The notes beneath the pieces were generated by a model that saw only the letters and a list, made by a program, of their open reading frames with translations, did no database searches and was not told the origin of the DNA. From Blastocystis sp. Blastoise (lineage: Eukaryota > Protista > Bigyra: Opalinata), in contig JBBPEB010000030.1 of assembly GCA_039096225.1 (NCBI GenBank), forward strand, positions 372,001-436,000: a stretch of DNA of 64,000 bases, written 5' to 3'. Each line of letters begins with the position of its first letter. The first letter of the stretch is position 1. The position numbers were made by a program, and so were the translations under genes. Below, one piece after another: positions 1 through 18,600 of the stretch.

Positions 1-1056
1 GTACTAATCAACAAGATATGTGTACTAACGGTTATAATAATAAACCTTTTAAGAAGTATTCTAATGATGATATTCTTGATATTGTTAGAGTATATAGATC
101 TTATTATTATTATATTTATTATTATATTTATTATTATATTTATTATTATATTTATTATTATATTTATTATTATATTTATTATTATATTTATTATTATATT
201 TATTATTATATTTATTATTATATTTATTATTATATTTATTATTATATTTATTATTATATTTATTATTATATTTTATTATTATATTTATTATTATATTTAT
301 TATTATATTTATTATTATATTTATTATTATATTTATTATTATTATATTTATATTTATCATCTATATAGAAGATGAGTGATCTTTCTATTCCTTCTACTAT
401 TGAAGCTGGTGATCATAGTGAAGTCCTTGTTGAAGCTAATCCTGAACTTGTTGAAAAGGGTAGAACTATGTCTATCGATCAAGCTTTATCTCATGGTATA
501 TATATATATATATCAAACCTTATTTATGGATATGATATATTTATGTTTATCTATAATAATAAGAATAATAAACATATAATAATTAATCTATACTAATCTC
601 TAGGTCGTCCTCGTACTTTATCTGTTGATAGTGTCGATTATACTTGTATGGTTTATGGTAATCAAGAAGATGAAGTCTTAGAACAAGTCAGAAAACAAAG
701 AAAGGGAAAGAAACATACTAAACCGTATATAATTAAATTATAATAATAATAATAATATATATATATATATATTATAGTTATGCTGCTGTTGTTATGAATG
801 GTATTCCTAATGAAGGTGCTAAAGGTATATTTATATATATATATATAACATATAGCATTACTTATAATAATATAAATATATAGAAGCTCCTAAGACAGAG
901 AAAGAAGGAAAACCTGTTGCTAAATCTGCTCCTAAGGATACTAAGAAGGACAATAAAGAATCAAAGCCTAAGAATAATAATAGACAACCTCATAGAAATA
1001 ATAATAATAATAAAGGAAAGAAAGAAGAAAAGAAAGCTGATAAACCTAAGAATTAA
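1..1056 (+). CDS. 3' part of a multi-exon gene of uncertain function with a Lys/Asn-rich C-terminus; 5' end lies outside the window
   Basis: Exons join through GT-AG introns into ...KKYSNDDILDIVR/KMSDLSIP...SIDQALSHG/RPRTLSVDSVDYTCMVYG...KADKPKN* (TAA 1054-1056). No family securely recognised. Confidence 0.7.
101..352. repeat. 12-nt tandem repeat (ATTATTATATTT)n inside an intron
   Basis: About 20 copies visible directly. It accounts for the spurious YYYI/IIIF ORFs. Confidence 0.95.
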
Positions 1057-1566
1057 ATAGTTATTTATTTATGAATCTTTTGAATTATTATATTTATTGA
1101 ACACTTTTTTTTATTCTCTTTTATTTTATCTAACTATCAATGGCGTATATATATAATCTATTCTTTTTTAATTGTAAAATAAAAAACAAAAAAATACTTT
1201 TTAAATTCTTTCTGTATTTATTTTTATTAATAAATACTATTTTATTTTTTAAATTTTTGTTATATAATTTATGTTTGATATTATATAATATTTTTATATG
1301 TTTATAATATCATATATAAGCATTATTTTCTTTATCATATATATTTTCTTGCATCCTCTAGTTTGGCTTCTATATAAATGACACTATTGTCACAGATGTT
1401 GTAGCTATGCAATCGAATCCACACTTACAAAACAATATTTTGAATCAAAAAAAAAATATATAGTACAACAAATGAATGTGTAATTGACACACAAAAGAAA
1501 CAGAATAATATATGAATATCATATAATTATAAATAATAATAAGAAACACGAAAAAAAAAAAGATAA

Positions 1567-2463
1567 TTAAACATGAATAACTTTGGGTTGATTCGTTTCA
1601 CTATTTATATCTTTCTTACTATGATGATGAGGTTCACTTTTGTCTTTCTTATTACTATCACCACGTTTTAAAGAACCAACTTTCTTTGTTTGTAATTGCT
1701 TCTTATTTTGTTTATATAATTTTGTTTTCTCTCCAGCTATTGTCTTCACAGATCGTCTTATAAATCTTAAATAAACAAGGAATAAAAGAAGAAGAACTAC
1801 AACGAAAACAGCTACAATAATAATAATTATTTGTGTATTATCATTTACACCATAAAAACAACCATCAGTATTCACATAAACATAAGTACCTCTATTAAAA
1901 TGCAATTTACCATTTTCATCAATATCAAATTTTAAAGTAACATCTTTATTTACATAATCAGTTAATCCATCCCAAACGTTCGAACTATACCATAAACAAG
2001 TATGATTCTGAAGACTATATTGAACACCAGTTTCGATAGGAACTCCACAATTTATATTAGATGTTGATGTTAAATTATAAGTAATAAAAGCAACATCACT
2101 CGCATAAGCTTTATAATTTCCAGTTTCTATAGTTTCTATATTAATATATGTCCAAATTAAACCATAATTATGATTTTCACCACAAGATTTATCAGCTGGT
2201 TCTACATTTTGCATCTCTATCTTATATACAGAACCTAAGGCATTCGTATAAAACACATAATCAATATCTAAAAAAAAATAATAGCTTAAAAGATTTCAAA
2301 GAAATACCTTGACCAGGTAATGTAGAACAATTATCAGAATATCTACCACATACTATAAATTTATTTTATTAAATAAAAAAACAATAATCTTTAAAAAAAA
2401 ATAATAATATATACAAGCAGAATTAACACATAAGAATAATAATGTGACGAACCAGAATTTCAT
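1567..2463 (-). CDS. Six-Cys type I membrane protein family member (duplicate of 34916-35812)
   Basis: Signal peptide MKFWFVTLLFLCVNSA, 2 introns, CGRYSDNC...YKIEMQNVEPADKSCGENHNYGLIWTY, one TM helix, Lys-rich tail ending KVIHV*. Confidence 0.9.
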
Positions 2464-3055
2464 TGAATTGGATTTATAATTTAAAAAAAAGAAAAGACAA
2501 TAAAGAATAAAGAAATAAAAATGAGAATTTAGAGAGGATAATAAGAGAATAAAATTTATAAAGATGTTAAATGACAACCTATTGAAACAGCAATACAATT
2601 GTAAAGAAAGCGATAATAGTGGTGATTTCATAGGATGAACCAATATTTATTTGAGTTATTATCTTCGTCAACGTTGTTGTCATTTTTCAATTTCAGATTT
2701 GTCTTTCTCTTTATACTCTGTCATTCAAATCATTTTTTTATTCATATTTGTTTTAATATCATAAAAAATATTATTATTTTTATATTAATATGATTTTATA
2801 ATAATTATCGATATATTTTTAAAACTAATTATTAAAATTATTCTTTAATTGTAAATGAAATTATTTTAAAAATATGAAATAATAATAAAAAATGAAAATA
2901 CTAAACATAAAATAAATAATGAATAAATGAAATTATTAATAGAAAAGAAATAAAATAATTGATTATAATTCTTTTAATGTAATATAAAGAATTCTATCAA
3001 ATAAAACAATGAATAAAAGAAGACTTAAAAAAGCAAATAAACTTATAGAATATAA

Positions 3056-3258
3056 TTAAACATGAATAGTTTTATTATTCATTTTATTATCCCCTATTTT
3101 CTTATTCTGTAATTGCTTCTTCTCTTGTTTATATAACTTTGTTTTCTCTCCACCTATTGTCTTCACTGCCCTCTTATTCAATTTCTTATAAACAAAGAAG
3201 ATAACTAGAAGTATAACACAAAATACTACTACTATAATTATAATAGTTTGAGTATTAT
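3056..3258 (-). pseudogene. 5'-truncated fragment (TM helix and tail) of family gene 33424-34324
   Basis: Matches 34122-34324 (NTQTIIIIVVVFCVILL...KTIHV*). Homology stops at 3258, with no start codon or ectodomain. Confidence 0.85.
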
Positions 3259-3513
3259 TAATAAATACATTATAAACTATTATAAATGAGTTTGCATGTG
3301 GCTAAATAGAATTATGTCATAAATAACGAGAAAAACTATCCGTTGAAATTATACAAATTATGTTTTCATTATAATAAGTTTATTGTTTAGAACTGTAAAA
3401 AATATTAAAAAAAGCAAACAAAACAAAAATTTATTAACATGAGAATAATATATATATATATATATTATAGTTAAAAGTACATAAAAAAGTCAAATATATA
3501 TATATACATAACT

Positions 3514-4414
3514 TTATATAGTAACTTTTTTATCTGTGATTAATTCATTCTTTTTAATTTCTTTCATTTCTTTCTTTGGCGTTTTAATCATATTTACTTT
3601 ATCACCAGCTAATGTTTTGACTTCTTTTGATTTATAACAAATAAACACAATGACTAAAGCTAAAACAACTAATAAACAAATTAGAGTTATCCAACCAATA
3701 ATTTGATATATAGGTAAAAGACCAAGGAAACAACCATCACTATTTTCTAAAGTATATATCGTTCTACCCATTTCAATTTGATTATTACCTATACATATAT
3801 TATAATATTCAAATTATAAATAATAATAATAATTTTTAATACATATATATATACCTAAATCTGTAAATTCAACATGATTTGTCATTCCAATCATATCTCT
3901 TAAATCACCTATAATATTCTCTCCATCTTTAAAACAATCAATCTCCATTACATTATAACGTATTTCAGGAGATATAGTTCTATTACATTTAAATTCACTG
4001 AATGCATTTAAATCCCATACAATAAGATAGATAGCATCTAATCTAACATCAAATTCATCTATAGACAATATTAAATCCAAAATATAAGACAATATAAGCA
4101 ATTCTAATAGTATATATTATAAATACATGTTTCCTTTGATTTTTCAACAGCCGAGAAACTAGTACTATAAGTCTATGATCAAGAATAATATACGTATAAA
4201 TATTTCCATATAAATGAGATCCTTTACATGTACTTTCTGAAGGAATAAAACCTTGCATTTCAATTTTGTTAATTCGACCGAGTGCATCCGCATAAAAAAC
4301 ATAATCAATATCTTGATTTGGAGCCATTGCACAATTATCCGAGAATCGTCCACAGACTGCAGCATTAACAAAGCCAAAAATACATATTAGAAGAATTATT
4401 CGTTTCATATTCAT
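3514..4414 (-). CDS. Divergent six-Cys type I membrane protein family member, 4 exons
   Basis: Signal peptide, CGRFSDNC...DIDYVFYAD...KIEMQ...CKGSHLYGNIYT. Introns of 29 nt (about 4165-4193), about 4060-4126 and about 3790-3854 restore the frame through DGCFLG, a TM helix and KTLAGDK...KKVTI*. Confidence 0.85.
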
Positions 4415-4816
4415 CAGATTAATGGAAAAAGAAAAATCAAAGATATTATTCTCTGAAAAAAAAGTTAACGATTCTCATGAAAAGTCCCTTGATTATTTTA
4501 ACGTTTTTAAATGGTAAAAAATGTATTTTTTCATGAGATTCTATGGTTTCTATTATGTTAAATGTACTGAGAAAAATAAGTTCTATGTGTATAAGAAAAT
4601 GCGATATAGAAAAGAGTATTTTGATGACAATGTCTGATTACGGATTTTATGGTTTAATGAGTCTTTATAGCTATTTGAAGTTTCGTTTGATATACATGAA
4701 AGCCAATAAAATAAAAATTTCGATTTAAATTTAAAATTATCATCTTCAAAACACAATAAAAAAAAATTTGTAAATAAAAGATTTCTTTGCAAAACAAACA
4801 GTTTGATTCAAAATAA

Positions 4817-6969
4817 TTAATATGAAAATAATAATAGATCTTCTTTGCTTGTTAGCCAAGTATATATATCATCATGAGACTTTGATTGTCCTGTAGAATT
4901 ATATGTATATATATAAATAAAGTCTTCAAGAGAAATATATCTATAGATAATAGGAATAATTTCATTATAATACCAGAGATCAGCATATATATATATAGAC
5001 ATCGGTTGTTGAGGTTCGATTCCCCACGGGGGATTATAAGGCATTTTAGACAAAGAATTATAAAGATCTTTCATATTTTCAATAGTTTCAATGATAATAG
5101 TATAATTTTGATTGACATCTTCCCAAGTATGTGAATATATAAAGTTTATATGGCAATTATTCTTTTCTTGATGTATATATCTATTTAATAATAATTGTAT
5201 ATCTGATGGTAATATCTCTGTATAACGAGGTATCTATATATATAGATTATACTTTTATTATATATTCATTTATATATTGATTAATATTTTTATTATGTAT
5301 GTTATATATATATATAGATTATACTTTTATTATATATTCATTTATATATAGATTAATATTTTTTACAATATGTATTATATAAAGAATAAGATATATGTAT
5401 ATAATATTCTATATATACAATATAGACAGGATTATTCATGGTAATAGATCGAATATTATACTCAAAGAAGAATCGTTCTTTTATCATAAAATCATTATTA
5501 TTCTGAATATGATTACCCTATATAGAGATTAAGAATATATATACATAATCACTTTTATATCAAGAAATATATGACATAATTACGGTATATGAAAAATTAG
5601 AATAAATTGAATAATATAATAAAAAAATTAAAAATATAATAACTAGAATTAATATAAGAAATATAAGTTATAAATAATAATATACGAATGGTTCATGAAT
5701 TGGTTTGTCTATATACAAATAAACATTTGCAGAATAATTAATTTCATTCAATTTTCGATAAAAATTAATAAATGATTTCATTGATGGAGTTAATAACTAT
5801 ATATATATGAAAATAAAGTAAAGGAATAAAAATGAAATAATAAGTTGTATATATAGAAAGAAGAGAATAAAAATATATGAATAAAAATGAAATAAAAAGT
5901 TATATATATAGAAAGAAGAGAATAAAATAAAATGAATAATACTTGTTGATATTTTTTATATAGAAACATTGAATGTGTTAATAGTCCAAGAAGTGATGTA
6001 TTTATAATAGATACAGTACTCGATTTTGAAAGATTATCTGCCTTTATATATATATAGATATTAAATATAATATACATGTAATAAGTATAATCATTTATAT
6101 ATAACATATATATATATACATTAACAATTCGTTCATGAAGAGTTGTATGTATAAATATATTATAAGGAAGTAAATAATCAAGGGGAAATTGATCTAAACA
6201 ATTATCTAAATAGGAATTCTCTATTGGAGGTGTAATATTTAATAAAAACTATATATACATAATATATTTTTATATATCAATGATTTATGAAAAAAATGAT
6301 AAAAACATTAAACCAAGCATATGTATATATATATATATATAATATATATATACATCTTCAGAAAGTGATGAATACATAATACTGATGAAATCAGTTGAAT
6401 CTTGAAATAGTATACTATCTATATGTATAATACTACCTTTTAAAAGATCCTGATTATTGAATATTGTATCAGGATTGAAAGACGCAAATAAGGGGTTATC
6501 TTCTAATGCATCCTGTTTTATTAAAATGATTACAACAAGATATTATTTTATATAATATATCATTATTCAACACAATACCAGAACATACCTGAATATCTTT
6601 TGTAGTTATTATGGAACTGGAACCCAATTTGTCATTAATATAAGAATATATTTCGTTTCTTAAGCTTTCAAAAACCTAGATTTGTATAAAATACAGCAAC
6701 ATAGGTCATACAGTGGATAACATTTGACTTGATTTTGAAGAAATTTTTGTATTCTGAAGCATTTTAGAAATTTTATCTTTAATATACTGATCTGTATTCT
6801 ATATTAATGTATAAACTGCACATAGAGATTCTTTGAATACTTCAGATGGTTCATTATCAATATCATGTTCATGGACATTTGTGAATAGTTGTTCATTAGG
6901 ATCTGGAATTCTGTTTGTGATACGAAGAGACTGTGGGAATATATTTTGCTTGTAATTATAAGTACTCAT
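4817..6969 (-). CDS. Multi-exon hypothetical protein
   Basis: ATG at 6969 (MSTYNYKQNIFPQSLRITN...). Coding-like segments are separated by GT-AG introns, and the last exon ends ...WLTSKEDLLLFSY*. No domain recognised. Confidence 0.6.
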
Positions 6970-7256
6970 TACATATACTTTGTAAAATAAATGTGATTAA
7001 AAATCTTTTTTTAAAGAATGTGTGTTTTCATGAAAATGTATTATTCAAGTTGTTAGTAGTCTAACACATATCGTCCAAATACAAGTAACTCAACTAATAG
7101 TTGTCAAAAACAACACAAACCTTGAAAAGTAAAACATATATACATAAAAAGATCATATATTGAACGTGTAAATATATATATAATAATAATATATAAAAGC
7201 AAACTATTTAAAATAAGTTTGTTAGAATATATATATATTCTTTATATATATATAGA

Positions 7257-13219
<5,963 letters not shown>

Positions 13220-13720
13220 CTCTATCTATGATAAATAAACAAAGTATACCGAAAAATTATTTTTAAAAAATTTCCAAGAAAATTATTGCGATTCTTGTTA
13301 TTAACATTTTTATTTAATTTATACTTTAAAAAAAGGCTTTTATAAAAATAAAAAAAAATAAAAAAATTGATGGTTGACATGTAGGTGAATTCTTTATTTT
13401 ATCCACATAATAAAAAGTTTTAAGTCATAATAAATAAAAAATGAATGAAAAAAATGAATTGAAAAATGAATAGAAACAAGTTGAAAAGAGCAGCATAATG
13501 GCAAACTTTATTCTGAAAACAAAAAAAATTATAATAAAGTTTGATATATATATACATTTTTAGATAATTACTTTTGAAAATAAGAAAAATGAAAAATATA
13601 ACATATAAAAATGCAATATGAATGAGTAGCAAGAAATAGAAATATACGAAAGGTATGAAAAACTATTAAAAAATCATATTATACGTACGAAATACAATAC
13701 ATTTGATTTTTTACTTTCTT

Positions 13721-14098
13721 TTAGATATTAGCAAGGAAATCAAAAATATCTATATTTGCTATAGCTCCTTTAATAGATTCTCTTGTTAGAATAAGTCTAT
13801 CATTGTCATATTCACCATATTGTGAAGAACGAATGGTGATGTCCATAATAAATATTTCGCATGCGCGAGCAAATAAAACGGGTGTCTCAGCTGCGATCAT
13901 ACGAACATCTTGATCCGATTTCATGATTCTCTTGATTCTAGCGACAGGAAGATCAATGTGTTTTTTAAAATCTTTCTTATCTCCTATTGAAACATTCTTT
14001 ACACTATTGACTTGGTTTTGCCACATTGTGTTCAGTTGGTCTTCTATAGATATTTTAGGACGATTCATCATCTTGTTTTGATATCCCATAAGATCCAT
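13721..14098 (-). CDS. NFYC: Nuclear transcription factor Y subunit C (HAP5 type, histone fold)
   Basis: LPVARIKRIMKSDQDVRMIAAETPVLFARACEIFI...DIFDFL is the NF-YC histone-fold signature. Confidence 0.92.
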   Translation of the reverse strand: MDLMGYQNKMMNRPKISIEDQLNTMWQNQVNSVKNVSIGDKKDFKKHIDLPVARIKRIMKSDQDVRMIAAETPVLFARACEIFIMDITIRSSQYGEYDNDRLILTRESIKGAIANIDIFDFLANI

Positions 14099-14310
14099 TT
14101 TTGATAAAGCTATTCAATAATCTGGATATATAAACAAATAAACATAAAAAGATAAAAAAATACAAAAATAAGTTGATAGATTTCATGATATTTATAAAAG
14201 AATAGAATCACTGCACACTTCGTTTTCTGATTCAAAAAAGTATTTAATTTTGTAAGTTCTTTTCTGGAGCTGTTTACTTTTGTTCTATTATAATTTGTGT
14301 TTAAAGAACA
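14099..14310. promoter_or_regulatory. Probable compact bidirectional promoter between NF-YC and CNOT1
   Basis: Only 212 bp separate the two divergent start codons. Inferred from gene layout alone. Confidence 0.5.
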
Positions 14311-15163
14311 ATGTATTGCCTCACTGTGCCTCTTTGTTGGCAAATTCATTCTTTGGTAACAAGTTTAACCAAAGAAAACGAAAAAAATGCTCTTACGGAT
14401 ATCAAACAAGTATTTTGCTATTTAATTTTATTCATTTCTATTTGTTCATAGTATGTTGATTTGTATGGACAAGATGCTGTAGTTTATTTGGTAAAATGTC
14501 TTTTTGAAGAAATTCATTATGATAAAACAAATGATTGTTTAATTGATAAACAAAAAGTAAATTTTGTTCTCTAACGAGACCATTACTAATTAAGTGCTAT
14601 TTCTAGTTGTCGTTGTTAAAGTACGAGTTAGATGAGCTTTCTAAAGATCCTTGTTTCCCAAGTCTAATATCTATTGTATTTGAATATCTTTATCGATTGA
14701 AATGTTTTAATATTTATGTGTTATTTTAGGCTTTGGAAGATGTTTATCCAAAATATTATGAAAAGGATGCTTCTTGTGATTTTTACGTTTTTTTGAATGA
14801 TACACTTGGTTTAACTCTTCAGCAACAGATTATTATTGCTGTGGGTATTTCAAAATCAATTATATCTCCTTTAAGAAATGTATATATATATATATATATA
14901 TATCTATTTTAACAAAATATACTTATTTGTAAACTAAATAAATAATTCTTGAAATTAGTGTTCCCTCCGTTTTCTTTTGAAAAGTATTCCTGATTTGCCA
15001 TCGAGCGGATCCGGTACACTCCCTGTAGCTACTCTATTCTCACTTTTAGATATTATTCAGTCTGAAAAGGTATGTTTAATAGGTATTCTATATTTATTTA
15101 TGTATATTTTATTTTATTTTATTTTTATTTATTTTATTTTTGTTAATTTTTTTTTATTTAATT

Positions 15164-15194
<31 letters not shown>

Positions 15195-15216
15195 TTTTTT
15201 ATTTATTTTTTGTTTT

Positions 15217-15251
<35 letters not shown>

Positions 15252-15639
15252 TATTTATTTATGCTTATTATATGCTTATCTAGATGTTTCAGGATATTAC
15301 GGTGTCTGAACCTATCTTAAAAGTGTTGAAAACATTACATCCCTCTATAGTCTCTCAAACACTTCTTGTTCCCATGCTAATGTCAGATGAACCTATAGTA
15401 GATACTAATTTGTATATATATATAATATATATATATTTATTTAATTCATATATAAATGATATATTAATATTATTAATATACTATATATATATAGTAATAA
15501 TCAATGTCCTTTTCCTATGATTGAAAAAATTGAAGATACTTATATTCCTAATATAATACAAGTAGTAAAGGACTTAGGGTATATTAGTTTATATTCTTTG
15601 GATATATTCAAATTAATATGTCAACAATGTGATATTAAT

Positions 15640-15687
<48 letters not shown>

Positions 15688-18600
15688 TAGTGATTCATAA
15701 ATATACTCATTATTTCAATGTTTAAATTATACTCTATATATATATATATAGCGAATCCTATTTCTGCTAAAGATGTGGCTGGTCTATTATATTTATTTGC
15801 TTCTACAACTACTAACTATGATCTCAATATGTCTCTTCAAATGTATTTATATATCTATATATTTATATTTATATATTTGTAACCTATACTAAATAATAAA
15901 AGTTCATATTATAAATAACATTATATATATATATATATAGGTTATCAAACTTCTTATCGGATGGTTCATTGACGTCTCTCTCTGTGTCTTCTCTTTCTTC
16001 TTATAATTATAGTGTATTATTATCTTATATACAAACTACTTGTTCTACCTTCAATTGGAAAGAAATCTGGTATCAATTTGATAATCCTATTTATTCTATT
16101 TGGAATAAGAATATGTTTACATATATATTAAATATATATAATGAAGTAAATAAGAAGAAAGTATTTCCATTCGATGTCCTTACACGTAAATGGAATAATC
16201 CTGGTATATATATAATAAATATTATTTATATATAATAAGATAATAAATATAATATATATATTTATAATAAACATAATAAGATAATAAATATAATATATAT
16301 ATTTATAATAAATATAATAAGATAATAAATATAATAATTACAACTATATTCATATTCATCTATTGCTAACATTATATATATTAAGAAAGTCAATTTGCCA
16401 TTATTCGCGCATCTCTCTTCCTCCCTGACGACGTATTTACTTGGTCAAAATCACCTAGACAACTTGTATTTATCTATATTATACTCATATATATCTTAAA
16501 CTATTCATTTTATTTAGAAATTATATAATTTATCTATTTCTTCAATTACTTCGTCAAGTTTATCTTGGACATCCTTAGATTTATATGATACTTTATTCTC
16601 TTTATATACACTTCCAAATCCTCAACAATTGAAATTATTATTTACTTATCCACTTAAGCATGCTCCTATTCTTCTTTTCTTAGGTATTCTACAGTCGAAT
16701 TTCTATTGGACAGATATGAAATTAGCTTTATTACAACAACTATTACCTATTTTATTAATCTCAACAAACATTTCTCAAACTGTTATACTTATGAATAAAT
16801 TATATGAATTTGATGCTTCTTTAGTATCTATATTACTTAATAATATCGGTATGAATCAACCACAACTTATTAATAATATATTCTCTGTTACATATTCTAT
16901 ACCAAAACTAATGAATTCATTATTACAAGTATATATATATATATATAGTTTTATTATCTATTAAAATTCATTATAATTATAATATATATCTATTATTCTA
17001 GTGTGATATATCATTTTCTCTTCCTTATTGTATTGAGTGTATTCATAAATATCCTAATAAGTATTCGATATCTACATATTTATCTCGTTATCTCAATCAA
17101 TCTGAAGAAAAGACTATTTCGTTAGTTCTTTCTATATTAGATACTATTACTTCTCCGAATTATAATGATAAGATTTCTTCTTCTATTCGTTATGACTTAT
17201 TTCATTATATAGAAAGTTATATTCATACCCATCAAGATACTATAAATACTATAGATATAGAACATATACATACTATTCGTGATAAAATATATAAGAATCG
17301 TAAAGATATACAACTACAAGAAGAACAACATATTGAGCATGATATTTCACAAGATATTATTTCTTTATGTAAAGGAACTATAGATATTAATATACTTATA
17401 AATCAAATTAATGAACAAATAATTTCTAAGAATCCTTATGATAAACTATATGCTACTAGTTATTTACCTTTTATTGTTGGAGAATTTAAATCTATTCAAG
17501 AATATGAAGAATCTTCTTATTTATTAGTAGCTCAATTATTTGGTCAAATAATTAAAAATAAACATATATTAATGAAAGATAAGATTCAAGGTATTCAAGC
17601 AATGTGTGATTATATAGAACGAATTGAAGATCCAAATGATCATTTTTGTATATTTACATATACAGTAATAACACAAATAGAAGTAGAATTAATAGAATGG
17701 AAAGATATATATGAGATGATTATTGTGCTTACGAAGTTAAATGAAACATATCCACAATATATTAATCAATTACGTGTTAAAATTGAAGGAAATAGTTCCT
17801 ATATAAGTAGTCCGTTGTTACCTTCTACGGTATTAAATTCAGTTCCTTTCTATCCTTCTAATAGTAAAGAGAATAGTAATAGTAATAATAATGAAGAGAA
17901 TAATATGGAGAATAATAATAAAGATACTAATAAAGATATTATTAATAATATTAATAATAATAATAATAGTAATATAGATAGTACTGTAAAATCGCGTACA
18001 TCTTCTATAAATAGTAATCATTCTTCTCCATCTATAACTACAAATAATATTCATCAAGAAATAATACCTACATTATATACACCAACAGCAAATCTATCTA
18101 GAAACGATTCTACTACTTATAAGAATGAATATATTTCTTCTTTAGTATCTCCTATGAATAAACAAGAAAGTTTTAATCCTCTTTCTCCTGAATATATTCC
18201 AAATAATAAAGATTCTATTACTACTACTACTACTACAAATAATAATAATAATAATACAAATAATAAAAATGATAAAGAAAATAATGAAAAGAATATCAAT
18301 ACAACTACTAATTCTATATATATATCTCCACATTCTATTAATTCTATAAAGATATCTCCTTCATTATCTCCTTCTACTAAACAAACTCAACAGAAATCTA
18401 CTACTTCTCCTCTAGTAAGTCCTTATCAAACTATTCTATCGAATACAAATTATATACATTATCAAGGTGATATTCAGAATGCTTCTTCATCTTATTATGA
18501 ACATATATATACATCTACATCTACTTCTACTTCTATACCCTTAATTATTACTCTTAATCCTGATATATATATATTACCGGATTATTCTATTCCAATCAAT

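Larger units (their letters stand above)
1487..3258 (-). repeat. Inverted segmental duplication, copy A (partner 34122-35890)
   Basis: Its reverse complement matches 34122-35890, and both give identical 229-aa and 96-aa ORF translations. Only a few differences were seen by eye. Confidence 0.95.

Noticed and set aside
18-375. Low-complexity ORFs (YYYI, IIIF, poly-L, poly-I, YIYI) here and throughout the ORF track
   Set aside because: They are translations of intronic microsatellites or of antisense frames.
2353-2643. 96-aa ORF present identically at 34736-35026
   Set aside because: Identity comes from the DNA duplication. Only the part from Met 2463/34916 up to the first intron is real coding sequence.
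4473-4538. 11-bp inverted repeat TCTCATGAAAA/TTTTCATGAGA upstream of the divergent family gene
   Set aside because: Short, AT-rich and single-copy, with no target-site duplication, so insufficient for a MITE or regulatory call.
5010-5035. GGTTCGATTCCCCACGGGGGA resembles a tRNA T-arm and 3' end
   Set aside because: There is no D-arm, anticodon arm or acceptor partner upstream, and it is the antisense of coding sequence (NPPWGIEPQ).
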